Source: Myxococcota bacterium (GTDB taxonomy: Bacteria > Myxococcota_A > UBA796 > CAJQPC01). From it: 34,491 bases of DNA. Under the pieces are notes generated by a model. That model was not told the origin of the DNA, made no database searches, and worked only from the letters and a program-made list of their open reading frames with translations. A program made the position numbers and the translations under genes. The stretch spans positions 1-34,491 of the forward strand of contig JAZAMN010000051.1 in the NCBI GenBank assembly GCA_036229005.1. The letters run 5' to 3'. The first letter of the stretch is position 1; each line of letters starts with the position of its first letter. This document shows, one piece after another, positions 26,575-34,491 of this stretch.

Positions 26575-27267
26575 TCACTCCCCCTCAGGCGCCCGCGTCT
26601 GGGTGAGCCCCAGGGCCTCCCGCTGCAGGAACCACGCGCCCACCGCCATGGTGAACAGCACGACGGCGACGCCGTCCAGGCCCCAGAGTAGCGCCATCCA
26701 CCACGGCGTGCGCGGCCAGAGATCCACGCCCAGCAGCAACAGCGCCCAGACCGCGTAGGGCAGCCCCAGCACCAGGATGGGGCGCAGCAGGCCCCGGCTC
26801 TCCACGTCCCAGCGGGCGTCGGCCCGGAGGGTGAGCTGCGCGGTCACCGCCATGGCCAGGGCGTGGAAGGCCAGCCAGGGCAGGAAGCAGGCGATGCCCA
26901 GCTTGGCGCCCAGCACCCACAGCAGGCGGCGGGGCAGCACCCGGCGGAGGGCGTCTCCCAGCTCGGGCTCGCGGGCCTCCAGGCGCAGCAGCCCCCAGAC
27001 CATCACCGCGCCCACCACCAGCGCCAGGTAGGGCAGGTCCAGCAGCACACCGACCACCCGCCACAGCTCGTTCTGCTCGCCCCAGGGGGTGTCGGCCAGG
27101 TTGCCCAGCGCGCGGCGCATCAGCCCGCGGCCCACCCCCACGGCGAACGCGACCGGGGCCACCGGCTTGAACACGCCCAGCGCCCGCCGCAGCGCGCCGA
27201 ACACGCTCATGTCCGCCGGCTCGCGCTCGACGGCCTGCGCGGGGGCCCGGTAGGGGTTGTCGCTCAG
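26575..27267 (-). CDS. Multi-pass membrane protein (paralog 3), probable CTG start
   Basis: The ORF track starts at ATG 27210, but the frame extends 19 codons to CTG-AGC-GAC-AAC-CCC-TAC (MSDNPYRAP), which overlaps the upstream TGA. Confidence 0.7.
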   Translation of the reverse strand: MSDNPYRAPAQAVEREPADMSVFGALRRALGVFKPVAPVAFAVGVGRGLMRRALGNLADTPWGEQNELWRVVGVLLDLPYLALVVGAVMVWGLLRLEAREPELGDALRRVLPRRLLWVLGAKLGIACFLPWLAFHALAMAVTAQLTLRADARWDVESRGLLRPILVLGLPYAVWALLLLGVDLWPRTPWWMALLWGLDGVAVVLFTMAVGAWFLQREALGLTQTRAPEGE

Positions 27268-27782
27268 CGGGAGCGAACCCGCAGCGCGAGCCCCCCGAGC
27301 GCGACCAGCACCGCCCCACCGGCGACGGCGACTTGGATGGGGCGCTGGGACTGGCCCCGGACATCGATCCGCTTGACCTCGGGCTCGCTGAGGGTCCCCT
27401 CTCCCGCGCCCCTCAAGGTCCAGTGGACGTGGATGTCCTCCTCGGGCTCCGCGACCGCGACCAGGAAGTCCCGCTCATAGCCGTCGATCCGCAGGGACAT
27501 GTTGTGGCCATGGCGGCTCTCCCTGAGCCACTCCGGGCCCCCGGGCTCATAGACGCCCACCAGCACGCCGTCACCAGCAATGTCCCCCTCCAGCTCGCCG
27601 TCGTCTCGGAGCCAGACGCGCTCGCCGCCCTCAAAGCCCCAGATGTCCACCGCGGCGCTCAGCCCCTGGCGGTGCTCCGGAACGCTCAGCTCCAGGCGCA
27701 CCTGACGCGCCTGCGCCACCTGAGGCAGCAGCAGCGTCAGCACCAAGAGCCCTTGAAGCAGTCGACGTCCCAGAGTCCGCAT
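27264..27782 (-). CDS. Exported protein with choice-of-anchor-X-like motif and C-terminal TM anchor
   Basis: Signal peptide ending VAQA; LRDDGELEGDIAGDGVLVG; C-terminal hydrophobic helix followed by RVRSR. Confidence 0.72.
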   Translation of the reverse strand: MRTLGRRLLQGLLVLTLLLPQVAQARQVRLELSVPEHRQGLSAAVDIWGFEGGERVWLRDDGELEGDIAGDGVLVGVYEPGGPEWLRESRHGHNMSLRIDGYERDFLVAVAEPEEDIHVHWTLRGAGEGTLSEPEVKRIDVRGQSQRPIQVAVAGGAVLVALGGLALRVRSR

Positions 27783-27893
27783 GTGTCCTCCCGATCCCGC
27801 CAGTCACTCAGACCGGCGGATAGGGAGAGCATAGACACCGCGCGGGCCAAGGCAGGCCTCAGCCCGTCAAGCGTCTCTCAAATCCGGCGCGCC

Positions 27894-28571
27894 CTACTTG
27901 GCCAGCGCGGTCAGCATCCCGGACAGGCGGGTGGCCTCGCCGGTCACGCTCGCGGCGCGGTCCTTGAGGCCAGCGGCGGCGTCCTTGTTGTGCTTGACGA
28001 TGTCCAGCTCACCCTTGAGGTCCGCGACCTTGAGGCCGTTGCTCTTGAGGGTGTTCTTGTCGACCTTCTCCACGGCAGCGGCGCCCTCGGTGCCGACGCG
28101 GGTGATGTCGCCCTCCAGGCTCTGGGCCTGCTGCGCGACGGCGTCCAGCTTGGCCACCGCGCTGTTGCCGGCCTCCACAAAGGCCTTGACGTTGTCCGGC
28201 GCGTCCTCGGTCGCGTCGAACTTCACCTTGCCGCCCTCGAGGGCCACGATCAGCTTGTCGCCGGCCATCTCCTGGAAGTCGGTCAGCGCCTTCTCCAGGG
28301 GGGCGTCCTCGGCCACGCCGATGGCGGCCTTGAGGTCGGGCTCGATGGTGGCCAGGTCCGCCTCCATCTGGATCAGCTTCTCCTGGATGTCCTCGCCCTC
28401 CTTCCAGGTCGGCGCGAGCTCCTGGACGCGGCCGCTCAGGTCGAAGCAGGGGATCTCGACGCACTCGGCCCGGGGGCCCTCATCTTCTCCGCCCTTGCGG
28501 TCCTGAGCCACCGCGACGCTGGTCAGCGCAAGCGAGGTGATCAGGGCAAAGGCAATCTTTCGTGCGGACAT
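27894..28571 (-). CDS. Secreted alpha-helical hypothetical protein
   Basis: GAGGAG SD, signal peptide MSARKIAFALITSLALTSVAVA, and an Ala/Lys/Glu-rich helical body. Confidence 0.8.
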   Translation of the reverse strand: MSARKIAFALITSLALTSVAVAQDRKGGEDEGPRAECVEIPCFDLSGRVQELAPTWKEGEDIQEKLIQMEADLATIEPDLKAAIGVAEDAPLEKALTDFQEMAGDKLIVALEGGKVKFDATEDAPDNVKAFVEAGNSAVAKLDAVAQQAQSLEGDITRVGTEGAAAVEKVDKNTLKSNGLKVADLKGELDIVKHNKDAAAGLKDRAASVTGEATRLSGMLTALAK

Positions 28572-28648
28572 GGGGGTCTCCTCGGTCGGATGGGAAGCAG
28601 CACGACAACACAACGCGCGCTCCGGCACTTCCTTACAACCGCGGCACT

Positions 28649-29263
28649 CTACTCCACCCGCTCGCAGTCCAGGATGGGGTGGTCCACCAAGGGCCGATCC
28701 GCGCTGTCGGTGTCCAGCCCCACCAGGGCGTCCACGACCTCCATGCCGCTGACCACGCTGCCGAACACCGCGTAGCCGGGCGGGTAGCTGCCATCGATGT
28801 CCAGGAACTCGTTGTCCACCACGTTGATGAAGAACTGGCTATTCGCCGAGTCCGGCTCGCTGGTGCGCGCCATGGCGATGGTGCCCCGCAGGTTGCTCAG
28901 GCCGTTGTCCGACTCGTTGGCGATGGGGTCGCGGGGGGTCTTGAGCTCCCCGCTGGCCAGCACGCCGCCGCCCTGCGCCATGAAGTCCGGGATCACCCGG
29001 TGGAACAGCGTGGCGCCCAGCCCGTCGTCCCCGTCGTAGAAGCCATCGTCCACGTACTGCAGGAAGTTCTCCCCGGTGACGGGGGCCTGCTCGGTGTCGA
29101 TCTCCACCACGACGCTGCCCAGGTCGGTCACGATCTCCACCAAAGGGAGCCCGGAGGGCGTCGACGAGTCGGTGACCTCGCTGGTGTCGGAGTCTGTGGG
29201 GGTCTTGTCGCCCACGCAGGCGGCCAGAGCGGTGAGGAGCAGTGTGGGCAGCAGACGGGTCAT
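28649..29263 (-). CDS. Cyclophilin-type peptidyl-prolyl cis-trans isomerase, lipoprotein
   Basis: APVTGENFLQYV, FHRVIPDFMAQGGG, NLRGTIAMART, SQFFIN and GYAVFG. LAAC lipobox. Confidence 0.93.
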   Translation of the reverse strand: MTRLLPTLLLTALAACVGDKTPTDSDTSEVTDSSTPSGLPLVEIVTDLGSVVVEIDTEQAPVTGENFLQYVDDGFYDGDDGLGATLFHRVIPDFMAQGGGVLASGELKTPRDPIANESDNGLSNLRGTIAMARTSEPDSANSQFFINVVDNEFLDIDGSYPPGYAVFGSVVSGMEVVDALVGLDTDSADRPLVDHPILDCERVE

Positions 29264-29309
29264 CCTTCCTCCAGAGACCCAGCCTACTGGACTTTCTGCC
29301 CCCCGGGGC

Positions 29310-29340
29310 TTGACCCTCACGCAGCGTGAGGCCCCACATT
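29310..29340 (+). promoter_or_regulatory. MerR-type promoter/operator
   Basis: TTGACC (29310-29315), 19-bp spacer, CACATT (29335-29340). Perfect dyad CCTCACGC-A-GCGTGAGG at 29315-29331. Confidence 0.88.
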
Positions 29341-29358
29341 GGCCCCAGGAGGACCCCA

Positions 29359-30126
29359 ATGCCCCACAAGATCGGCGAGCTGGCCCGCCTGGCCGGCGTC
29401 TCGGTGCGCACCCTGCGCCACTACGACGACATCGGCCTGCTGCCCCCCAGCGCCCGCAGCGAGGCCGGCTACCGCCAGTACGACGACGAGTCGCTGATGC
29501 GCCTGCAGGCCGTCCTGTTCTGGCGCTCCCTGGGCTTCCCCCTGGAGGAGATCGGCGCCCTGCTCGACGCCTCCGAGGACGCCCCCCTCGAGGCCCTGCA
29601 GGAGCACAGGAGGAGGCTGACGGAGCAGTCGGCGGCTCTCCAATCCCGGATCACCGCTCTGGATCGGGTGATCCAGCAGCGCCTGTCCGGACTCCCCTCC
29701 ACCAGCGAGGACATGCTGACCATCTTCGAGGGCTTCGACCCCTCGGCGTTCGAGGCCGAGGCCGAGCAGCGCTGGGGCGACACCGAGCCCTGGAAGCAGG
29801 CCGCCGCGCGCACCAAGCGCTACGGCCCCAGCGAGTGGAAGGAGATCAAGGCCCAGCAGGAGGCCCTGGAGGCCGAGCTCGCCGAGCTGCTGGTCCAGGG
29901 GCTGCCCCCCACGCACCCCCGCGCCATCGCCCTGGCCGAGCAGCACCGCCTTCACACCGAGCGCTGGTTCTACGACTGCCCGGCGGAGATCCACCGGGGC
30001 CTGGCCGAGATGTACGTGCAGGACCCGCGCTTCGCCGAGCACTACGACGAGCGCCAGCCGGGGCTGGCCGCCTACCTGCGGGACGCCATCGTGGCGCTGC
30101 ATGGACCCCGGGGCAAGACGCTCTGA
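29359..30126 (+). CDS. MerR family regulator with TipAS-like effector domain (TipA/Mta-like)
   Basis: KIGELARLAGVSVRTLRHYDDIGLL, EAEQRWGDT and GLAEMYVQDPRFAEHYD. AGGAGG SD. Confidence 0.93.
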   Translation: MPHKIGELARLAGVSVRTLRHYDDIGLLPPSARSEAGYRQYDDESLMRLQAVLFWRSLGFPLEEIGALLDASEDAPLEALQEHRRRLTEQSAALQSRITALDRVIQQRLSGLPSTSEDMLTIFEGFDPSAFEAEAEQRWGDTEPWKQAAARTKRYGPSEWKEIKAQQEALEAELAELLVQGLPPTHPRAIALAEQHRLHTERWFYDCPAEIHRGLAEMYVQDPRFAEHYDERQPGLAAYLRDAIVALHGPRGKTL

Positions 30127-30127
30127 C

Positions 30128-30760
30128 TCAGTCTTCGACCAGCCGGTAGACCCCCCGCTCCACCTTCTCGAAGCACCCCGCGTGGTTGTCGCGCAGCATC
30201 CGGGTCGCGTACTTGACCCCGGTGGCTTGGGCGACCACGGAGCCCTTGGTGGGGCCGTGCTCGCGCAGGTAGTCGCGCAGGCGCTCGATCTCCTGCTTGT
30301 AGGCGGTGGTGACCGGACCGCGGGTGCCGCCCAGGTTGGGGTCCCCCTCGCGGCGCTTGAACTCGCTGAGCAGGCGGCGGCGCTTGACCTTGGACTTGCG
30401 CGGCACGAAGCCGGTGGGCTCGCTGTGGACCTTGACCGTGCCGTCGTCCAGCTTGACCGAGAGCACGCCCACGCCCAGGCGCTTGCACAGGCCCACGTTG
30501 CCCTTGAAGGCCCTCCAGCCGGCCTTGCCGGACCAGCGCGGGACGGCCACGTAGACCCGGTCGGTGATGGCCTGCCGGGCGACCGCCTGCTGCAGCAGTG
30601 TGAGCGAAAAGCCGGTCTTCAGCTCCACGATCAGTGGCTCGCCCTGGGCGTCCAAGGCGACCACATCGGCGGGGCCCACCTCGCCCTTGACCTGGAAGCC
30701 CTGGGCCTCCAGGAAGGCCTTCACGGGCGGATAGAGCGCGGTCTCCTTGGGCTTGCCCAC
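30128..30760 (-). CDS. DUF2161-like putative PD-(D/E)XK-type protein
   Basis: ETALYPPVKAFLEAQGFQVKGEV, DVVA, IVELK, RREGDPNLGG and TAYKQE. Confidence 0.82.
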   Translation of the reverse strand: MGKPKETALYPPVKAFLEAQGFQVKGEVGPADVVALDAQGEPLIVELKTGFSLTLLQQAVARQAITDRVYVAVPRWSGKAGWRAFKGNVGLCKRLGVGVLSVKLDDGTVKVHSEPTGFVPRKSKVKRRRLLSEFKRREGDPNLGGTRGPVTTAYKQEIERLRDYLREHGPTKGSVVAQATGVKYATRMLRDNHAGCFEKVERGVYRLVED

Positions 30761-30763
30761 GGC

Positions 30764-31615
30764 TCAGAGGGGGGCGACGCTGCCCTGGAGGCAGACCTTT
30801 CCGGAGCGGGCCTCGCGCAGCTCGAAGCCCAGGGACTCGCCGCGCTCGCCGGACTCGAAGATCAGGGCGCTGGGCAGGAACACCGGCCGCCGGAAGCTGG
30901 CGGTGATGCCGACCCCGTGCTGGGGCAGGTCCTGATCCAGCTCGCCCAGGGCCCGCGCCAGAGTCCACATGCCGTGGGCGATGGCCCGCTTGAAGCCAAA
31001 GAGCTTGGCGGTCAGGGCGTGGGCGTGGATGGGGTTCCAGTCACCGGAGACGGCGGCGTAGCGGCGCCCCTGGCTCTCGGGGACCTGCCAGGTGGTGCTG
31101 CGGGAGACCCGCATGGGGGGCTGCTCGGGGGGGCGGCGCTTGAGGCCGTCGCCGGGCCCGTGCTTGGAGAGCACCGTGCTGGTGCCGCGCCAGATGACCT
31201 GGTCTCCCCTGTCGCGCAGGGCGGTGTGCATGTCGAACTCCACCCCTCGGCGGGCGGGGCGCTGGCCTTCGACCCAACAGGTCACGGACACGCGCTCCCC
31301 CTCCTGGACCGGGCGGACCTGGGCCACGCTCTGCCGCATGTGGACCATCCCGGCGGCCGGCAGGGGCATCTCGGGGTGCGCCAGGATGGCCCTGTGCAGG
31401 GACTCCGCCAGGATCTGGGGGTAGAGGGGCGGGAGGCCCCCTTCAGGGAGACCGCACACCGCCCGGTACTCTGGGACAGCCGGCACAACGAGCTCGCGCA
31501 GATGGGCCTGAATGCGAGGAATGGAGTCGCCCGGCTCCAGGCCGGGCTTTCGCTGCAGGACCACCTGGCCCAGGGAGATCTCGGGCGGGCTTTCGAACTC
31601 GAGGCTGAGGCTCAC
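30764..31615 (-). CDS. MaoC-like (double hot-dog) acyl dehydratase
   Basis: Hydratase motif YAAVSGDWNPIH...AIAHGMW and FRRPVFLP. GTGA overlap with the upstream gene. Confidence 0.9.
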   Translation of the reverse strand: MSLSLEFESPPEISLGQVVLQRKPGLEPGDSIPRIQAHLRELVVPAVPEYRAVCGLPEGGLPPLYPQILAESLHRAILAHPEMPLPAAGMVHMRQSVAQVRPVQEGERVSVTCWVEGQRPARRGVEFDMHTALRDRGDQVIWRGTSTVLSKHGPGDGLKRRPPEQPPMRVSRSTTWQVPESQGRRYAAVSGDWNPIHAHALTAKLFGFKRAIAHGMWTLARALGELDQDLPQHGVGITASFRRPVFLPSALIFESGERGESLGFELREARSGKVCLQGSVAPL

Positions 31616-33420
31616 TGCGACTCTCCGGCCCAGGGGTGCTCGGAGGCCCAGCTCCGCGGCCAGGGGGAGCCCAGGTTGCCCGGGATGTCCTCGCCGGCGG
31701 GGTCCCGCACGAAGTTGTCCAGGTCGCCATAGGCGCGCTCAGCGTTGAGCCGACCGTCCCGCTTGCGCATGGGCACCTGCTTGCCCTCCACCCGCAGGGA
31801 GACGACCTCGTGCGGGGCGGCGCGCAGGTCCACCAGGGCCCCCTTGCGGCGGGCGTTGAGGAGCTGCTCTTCGTTGCCGATGGGGTCGCCCACGGTCTTG
31901 GCCTTGAGGGTCCACACCAGCAGCGAGGTGGGGTCCTTGTCCGGGAAGGCCTGGCAGAGCAGGTCCTGGTAGCCAAAGAAGGACTTGCCCACGTCGTTCT
32001 GGTTGACGGGGCCGGCCATCAGGCAGATGCCGGCCAGCAGGTCGCAGTCGGCGGGCAGCTCGGTGACGCCGGCCAGCTCGCAGTAGAGCGCGGAGCGGGA
32101 GGCGGCGGCCCCAAACGCGCGCACGGCCTGGTTCCAGTCCAGCCCGGCGGCCTCGATCTCCCCCCGGTCCAGGCCGCCGATGTAGATCCGCTGACCGGCC
32201 AGGGCGAAGGCCTTGCGGCCCCGAGCGGCGGAGCGGGAGAGCAGCTTGCCGGTGGGCAGGTCGGCCCAGAGGGGCAGGTTGTCCACCACCTTGTCGGTGA
32301 TGTCGCCCAGCTCCTGGCGGATGTCCCGCAGGCGCTCCTTGCCGCCGTCGGTGAGCACGTCCACGCGCTCCATCAGCAGCAGCTCCTTGGCCTTGTCGCG
32401 GTCCACGCCGGTCCAGTGGGCGAAGGCGTTGTAGCCCGCGCGGCCGGCCATGTACGCGGTCTCATCGGAGACATCCATGTCCTGGCGCTGGTGGTAAGGG
32501 GCGGGGGCCTTCTCCTCCATGTTCACGCCGGGCTGGATGCGCTCGGAGCGGAAGGAGAGCAGGTTGGCACCCAGCTTGCGCCAGAGCTTGCGCGGGAGCT
32601 CGATGGGGCGCTGCACGCCTCCGACCTGGGCCACCATGTGCACGCGCCAGCCCAGACGCCGCTCGCTGTCGGTCATGCCGGCCAGGCGCTCCAGCTCAGC
32701 GCGGACCTGGGGCTGCTCATCGCGGCGGGCTTCGGTGCAGAAGGGGCCCACGAACACGTTGGCCTGGCGCTTGCCGCTACTGGCGATGACGGCGGCCCGC
32801 TCGATGGCGTCGGCCCAGATGCCCAGGTGCAGGTGCTGCAGGTAGCCGATGGTGGGGATGTCGTCTTCGTGCCACAGGGTCTTGCGGATGCCGCGCAGGG
32901 GCACCGTCCCCAGGGACAGGCCGGGCTTGTGGCCGATGAAGGTCAGCAGGAAGGTGAAGGGCGTGCGGTAGGGCCGACTCAGGCACAGGTGGGTGTGCGT
33001 TGCGCCGTCCAAAACGGGCCCCTCCAGGTGGTCCAGCCCGCGCAGCAGCTCGGCCACGCGCGCGCTCTCGGCGGGGCCCAGGGTGACCTGGCGGTGCCCG
33101 CGGAAGTTGGTGGACTGCCGGGCGGAGAGCACCCCCAGCGAGGCCTCTTCGAAGAGCTCCTGCTCGGTGGGGGTCGGGTCCAGGCCGAAGGCGCCAAAGG
33201 CGGTGGGCCGCTCCAGGCTGAGCAGGGGCAGCGCCGCGGAGACCTCGGCGGCGGACAGGGGCACCCGCATGCGGAAGCCGACGGGGCTGCCCGAGTCCAG
33301 CGCGCTGGGCAGGTGGTAGCGGTTCCGCTTCTCCCCCTCGGCGGCGAACACCGCGTCTCGACGGACACGCTGAGGGGCGGGAGGCGGCGCGATCGGCACG
33401 ATGGAAAGGGGCTTCTGCAT
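31612..33420 (-). CDS. 602-aa soluble hypothetical protein
   Basis: Long ORF with GC-rich third positions and enzyme-like composition, translationally coupled to the MaoC gene. No family recognised. Confidence 0.82.
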   Translation of the reverse strand: MQKPLSIVPIAPPPAPQRVRRDAVFAAEGEKRNRYHLPSALDSGSPVGFRMRVPLSAAEVSAALPLLSLERPTAFGAFGLDPTPTEQELFEEASLGVLSARQSTNFRGHRQVTLGPAESARVAELLRGLDHLEGPVLDGATHTHLCLSRPYRTPFTFLLTFIGHKPGLSLGTVPLRGIRKTLWHEDDIPTIGYLQHLHLGIWADAIERAAVIASSGKRQANVFVGPFCTEARRDEQPQVRAELERLAGMTDSERRLGWRVHMVAQVGGVQRPIELPRKLWRKLGANLLSFRSERIQPGVNMEEKAPAPYHQRQDMDVSDETAYMAGRAGYNAFAHWTGVDRDKAKELLLMERVDVLTDGGKERLRDIRQELGDITDKVVDNLPLWADLPTGKLLSRSAARGRKAFALAGQRIYIGGLDRGEIEAAGLDWNQAVRAFGAAASRSALYCELAGVTELPADCDLLAGICLMAGPVNQNDVGKSFFGYQDLLCQAFPDKDPTSLLVWTLKAKTVGDPIGNEEQLLNARRKGALVDLRAAPHEVVSLRVEGKQVPMRKRDGRLNAERAYGDLDNFVRDPAGEDIPGNLGSPWPRSWASEHPWAGESQ

Positions 33421-33476
33421 GACGGCCAGCTAACGCGCTGTGCAGCCGCCTGCCCTGGTGGGATACACCCCCAGCC

Positions 33477-34436
33477 ATGCTCCTGCTCCTGGCTCTGGCC
33501 TGCAAAGACGGCCCCCTCAGCGACGACACCGCCGCCCCCGCCGCGGACACCCTGCGCGTGGTGACCTGGAACATCCAGTCCCTGGGGGAGCCCGACTCCG
33601 AGGAGTACGGGGACGCCCTCACGGTCCTGAGCTGGATCGACGCCGACGTCATCCTGCTCAACGAGATCGACGGCTACGAAGACGACCAGCTCGAGACCTT
33701 CGCCCAGGCCCTGGGCCACCAGGTCGTCAGCGAGTCCAACAACGACTTCGGCGCCCTCCACAACGCCGCCCTCACCCGCCTGGAGCTGGCCAGCAGCACG
33801 GTCTACGACGGCGAGACCCTCAGCGGCGACAGCGGCGCCCGCGACCTGACCCGCCAGATCCCCGAGCTGCGCGTGCTCGGCCCCCAGACCGGCGAGACCG
33901 TCACCTTCCTGGGCGTGCACTTCAAGTCCGGCTTTGACGAGGACGACGCCTTCCGCCGCAACGTGGACGCCGAGCGCGCCGGCCAGGCCGCCCGCCTGGG
34001 GGGAAGCCGCGTGGTGGTCATGGGCGACTTCAACGAGCAGGTCTCCGACGTGCCCGGCAGCCCCGCGAGCTGGTCCAGCCTCCCCAGCGGTCTGCCCAGC
34101 AGCTACAGCCTCGGCGACGACCTCAGCGACCAGCTCAGCGACCAGGGCCTGCGCAACGACCCCTTCGCCCCCCTCACGGACGCCGGCCTCCGCCTGGTCC
34201 AGGCCGCCCAGATCGACGGGGACCTGGGCACGCGGCCCAGCTCGGGACGCCGCATCGACTACATCTACGCCAGCGACGCCGTGGAGCCCCAGGCCGCGAT
34301 GGTCTACTCCTGCCTGCTGGAGGGCACCGCGGACGCCCCCATCGCCTTTGAGGGGGACAGCCCGGGTCGGGGGGCCTGCGAGGATGCCTCGGATCACCTC
34401 CCTGTCATCGCGGAGCTCCGCATCATCGCGGACTGA
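33477..34436 (+). CDS. Endonuclease/exonuclease/phosphatase family lipoprotein
   Basis: LRVVTWNI, DVILLNEI, GVHFKS, VVMGDFN, RIDYIY and SDHLPV. N-terminus MLLLLALAC. Confidence 0.92.
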   Translation: MLLLLALACKDGPLSDDTAAPAADTLRVVTWNIQSLGEPDSEEYGDALTVLSWIDADVILLNEIDGYEDDQLETFAQALGHQVVSESNNDFGALHNAALTRLELASSTVYDGETLSGDSGARDLTRQIPELRVLGPQTGETVTFLGVHFKSGFDEDDAFRRNVDAERAGQAARLGGSRVVVMGDFNEQVSDVPGSPASWSSLPSGLPSSYSLGDDLSDQLSDQGLRNDPFAPLTDAGLRLVQAAQIDGDLGTRPSSGRRIDYIYASDAVEPQAAMVYSCLLEGTADAPIAFEGDSPGRGACEDASDHLPVIAELRIIAD

Positions 34437-34491
34437 TCGGCATCGGCGAGGTGGGGCTGGGTGTGAGGCCCCCCAGATCCCCTCCTCCCCT

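Overview
High-GC bacterial chromosomal segment. Gene content (Cys/Asp-rich MopE-type repeat lipoproteins, lamin-tail-domain lipoprotein, serpin, choice-of-anchor X protein, sphingosine-1-phosphate-lyase-like enzyme) suggests Myxococcota or a similar lineage; this is inference only. About 30 densely packed CDSs cover lipid catabolism (TetR + PLP lyase, acyl-CoA dehydrogenase, long-chain acyl-CoA synthetase, MaoC), class I fumarase, a cyclophilin, a TipA-like MerR regulator with a textbook promoter, and many lipoproteins. I found no rRNA, tRNA, transposase, integrase or CRISPR-cas. The most unusual features are: (1) two copies of a symmetric intergenic element made of inverted arrays of exactly 31-bp repeats (3+3 and 4+4) around a central IHF-like site, with the core in opposite orientation relative to the arms in the two copies; (2) a 1974-aa protein without signal peptide that carries several candidate peptidoglycan-hydrolase modules and has no adjacent immunity gene; (3) a four-helix-bundle (23S IVP/bAvd-like) gene preceded by an extended -10 box and a 29-bp hairpin; (4) many lipoproteins with ultra-short, uncharged signal peptides. 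All family assignments come from motif recognition by eye, with no database search.
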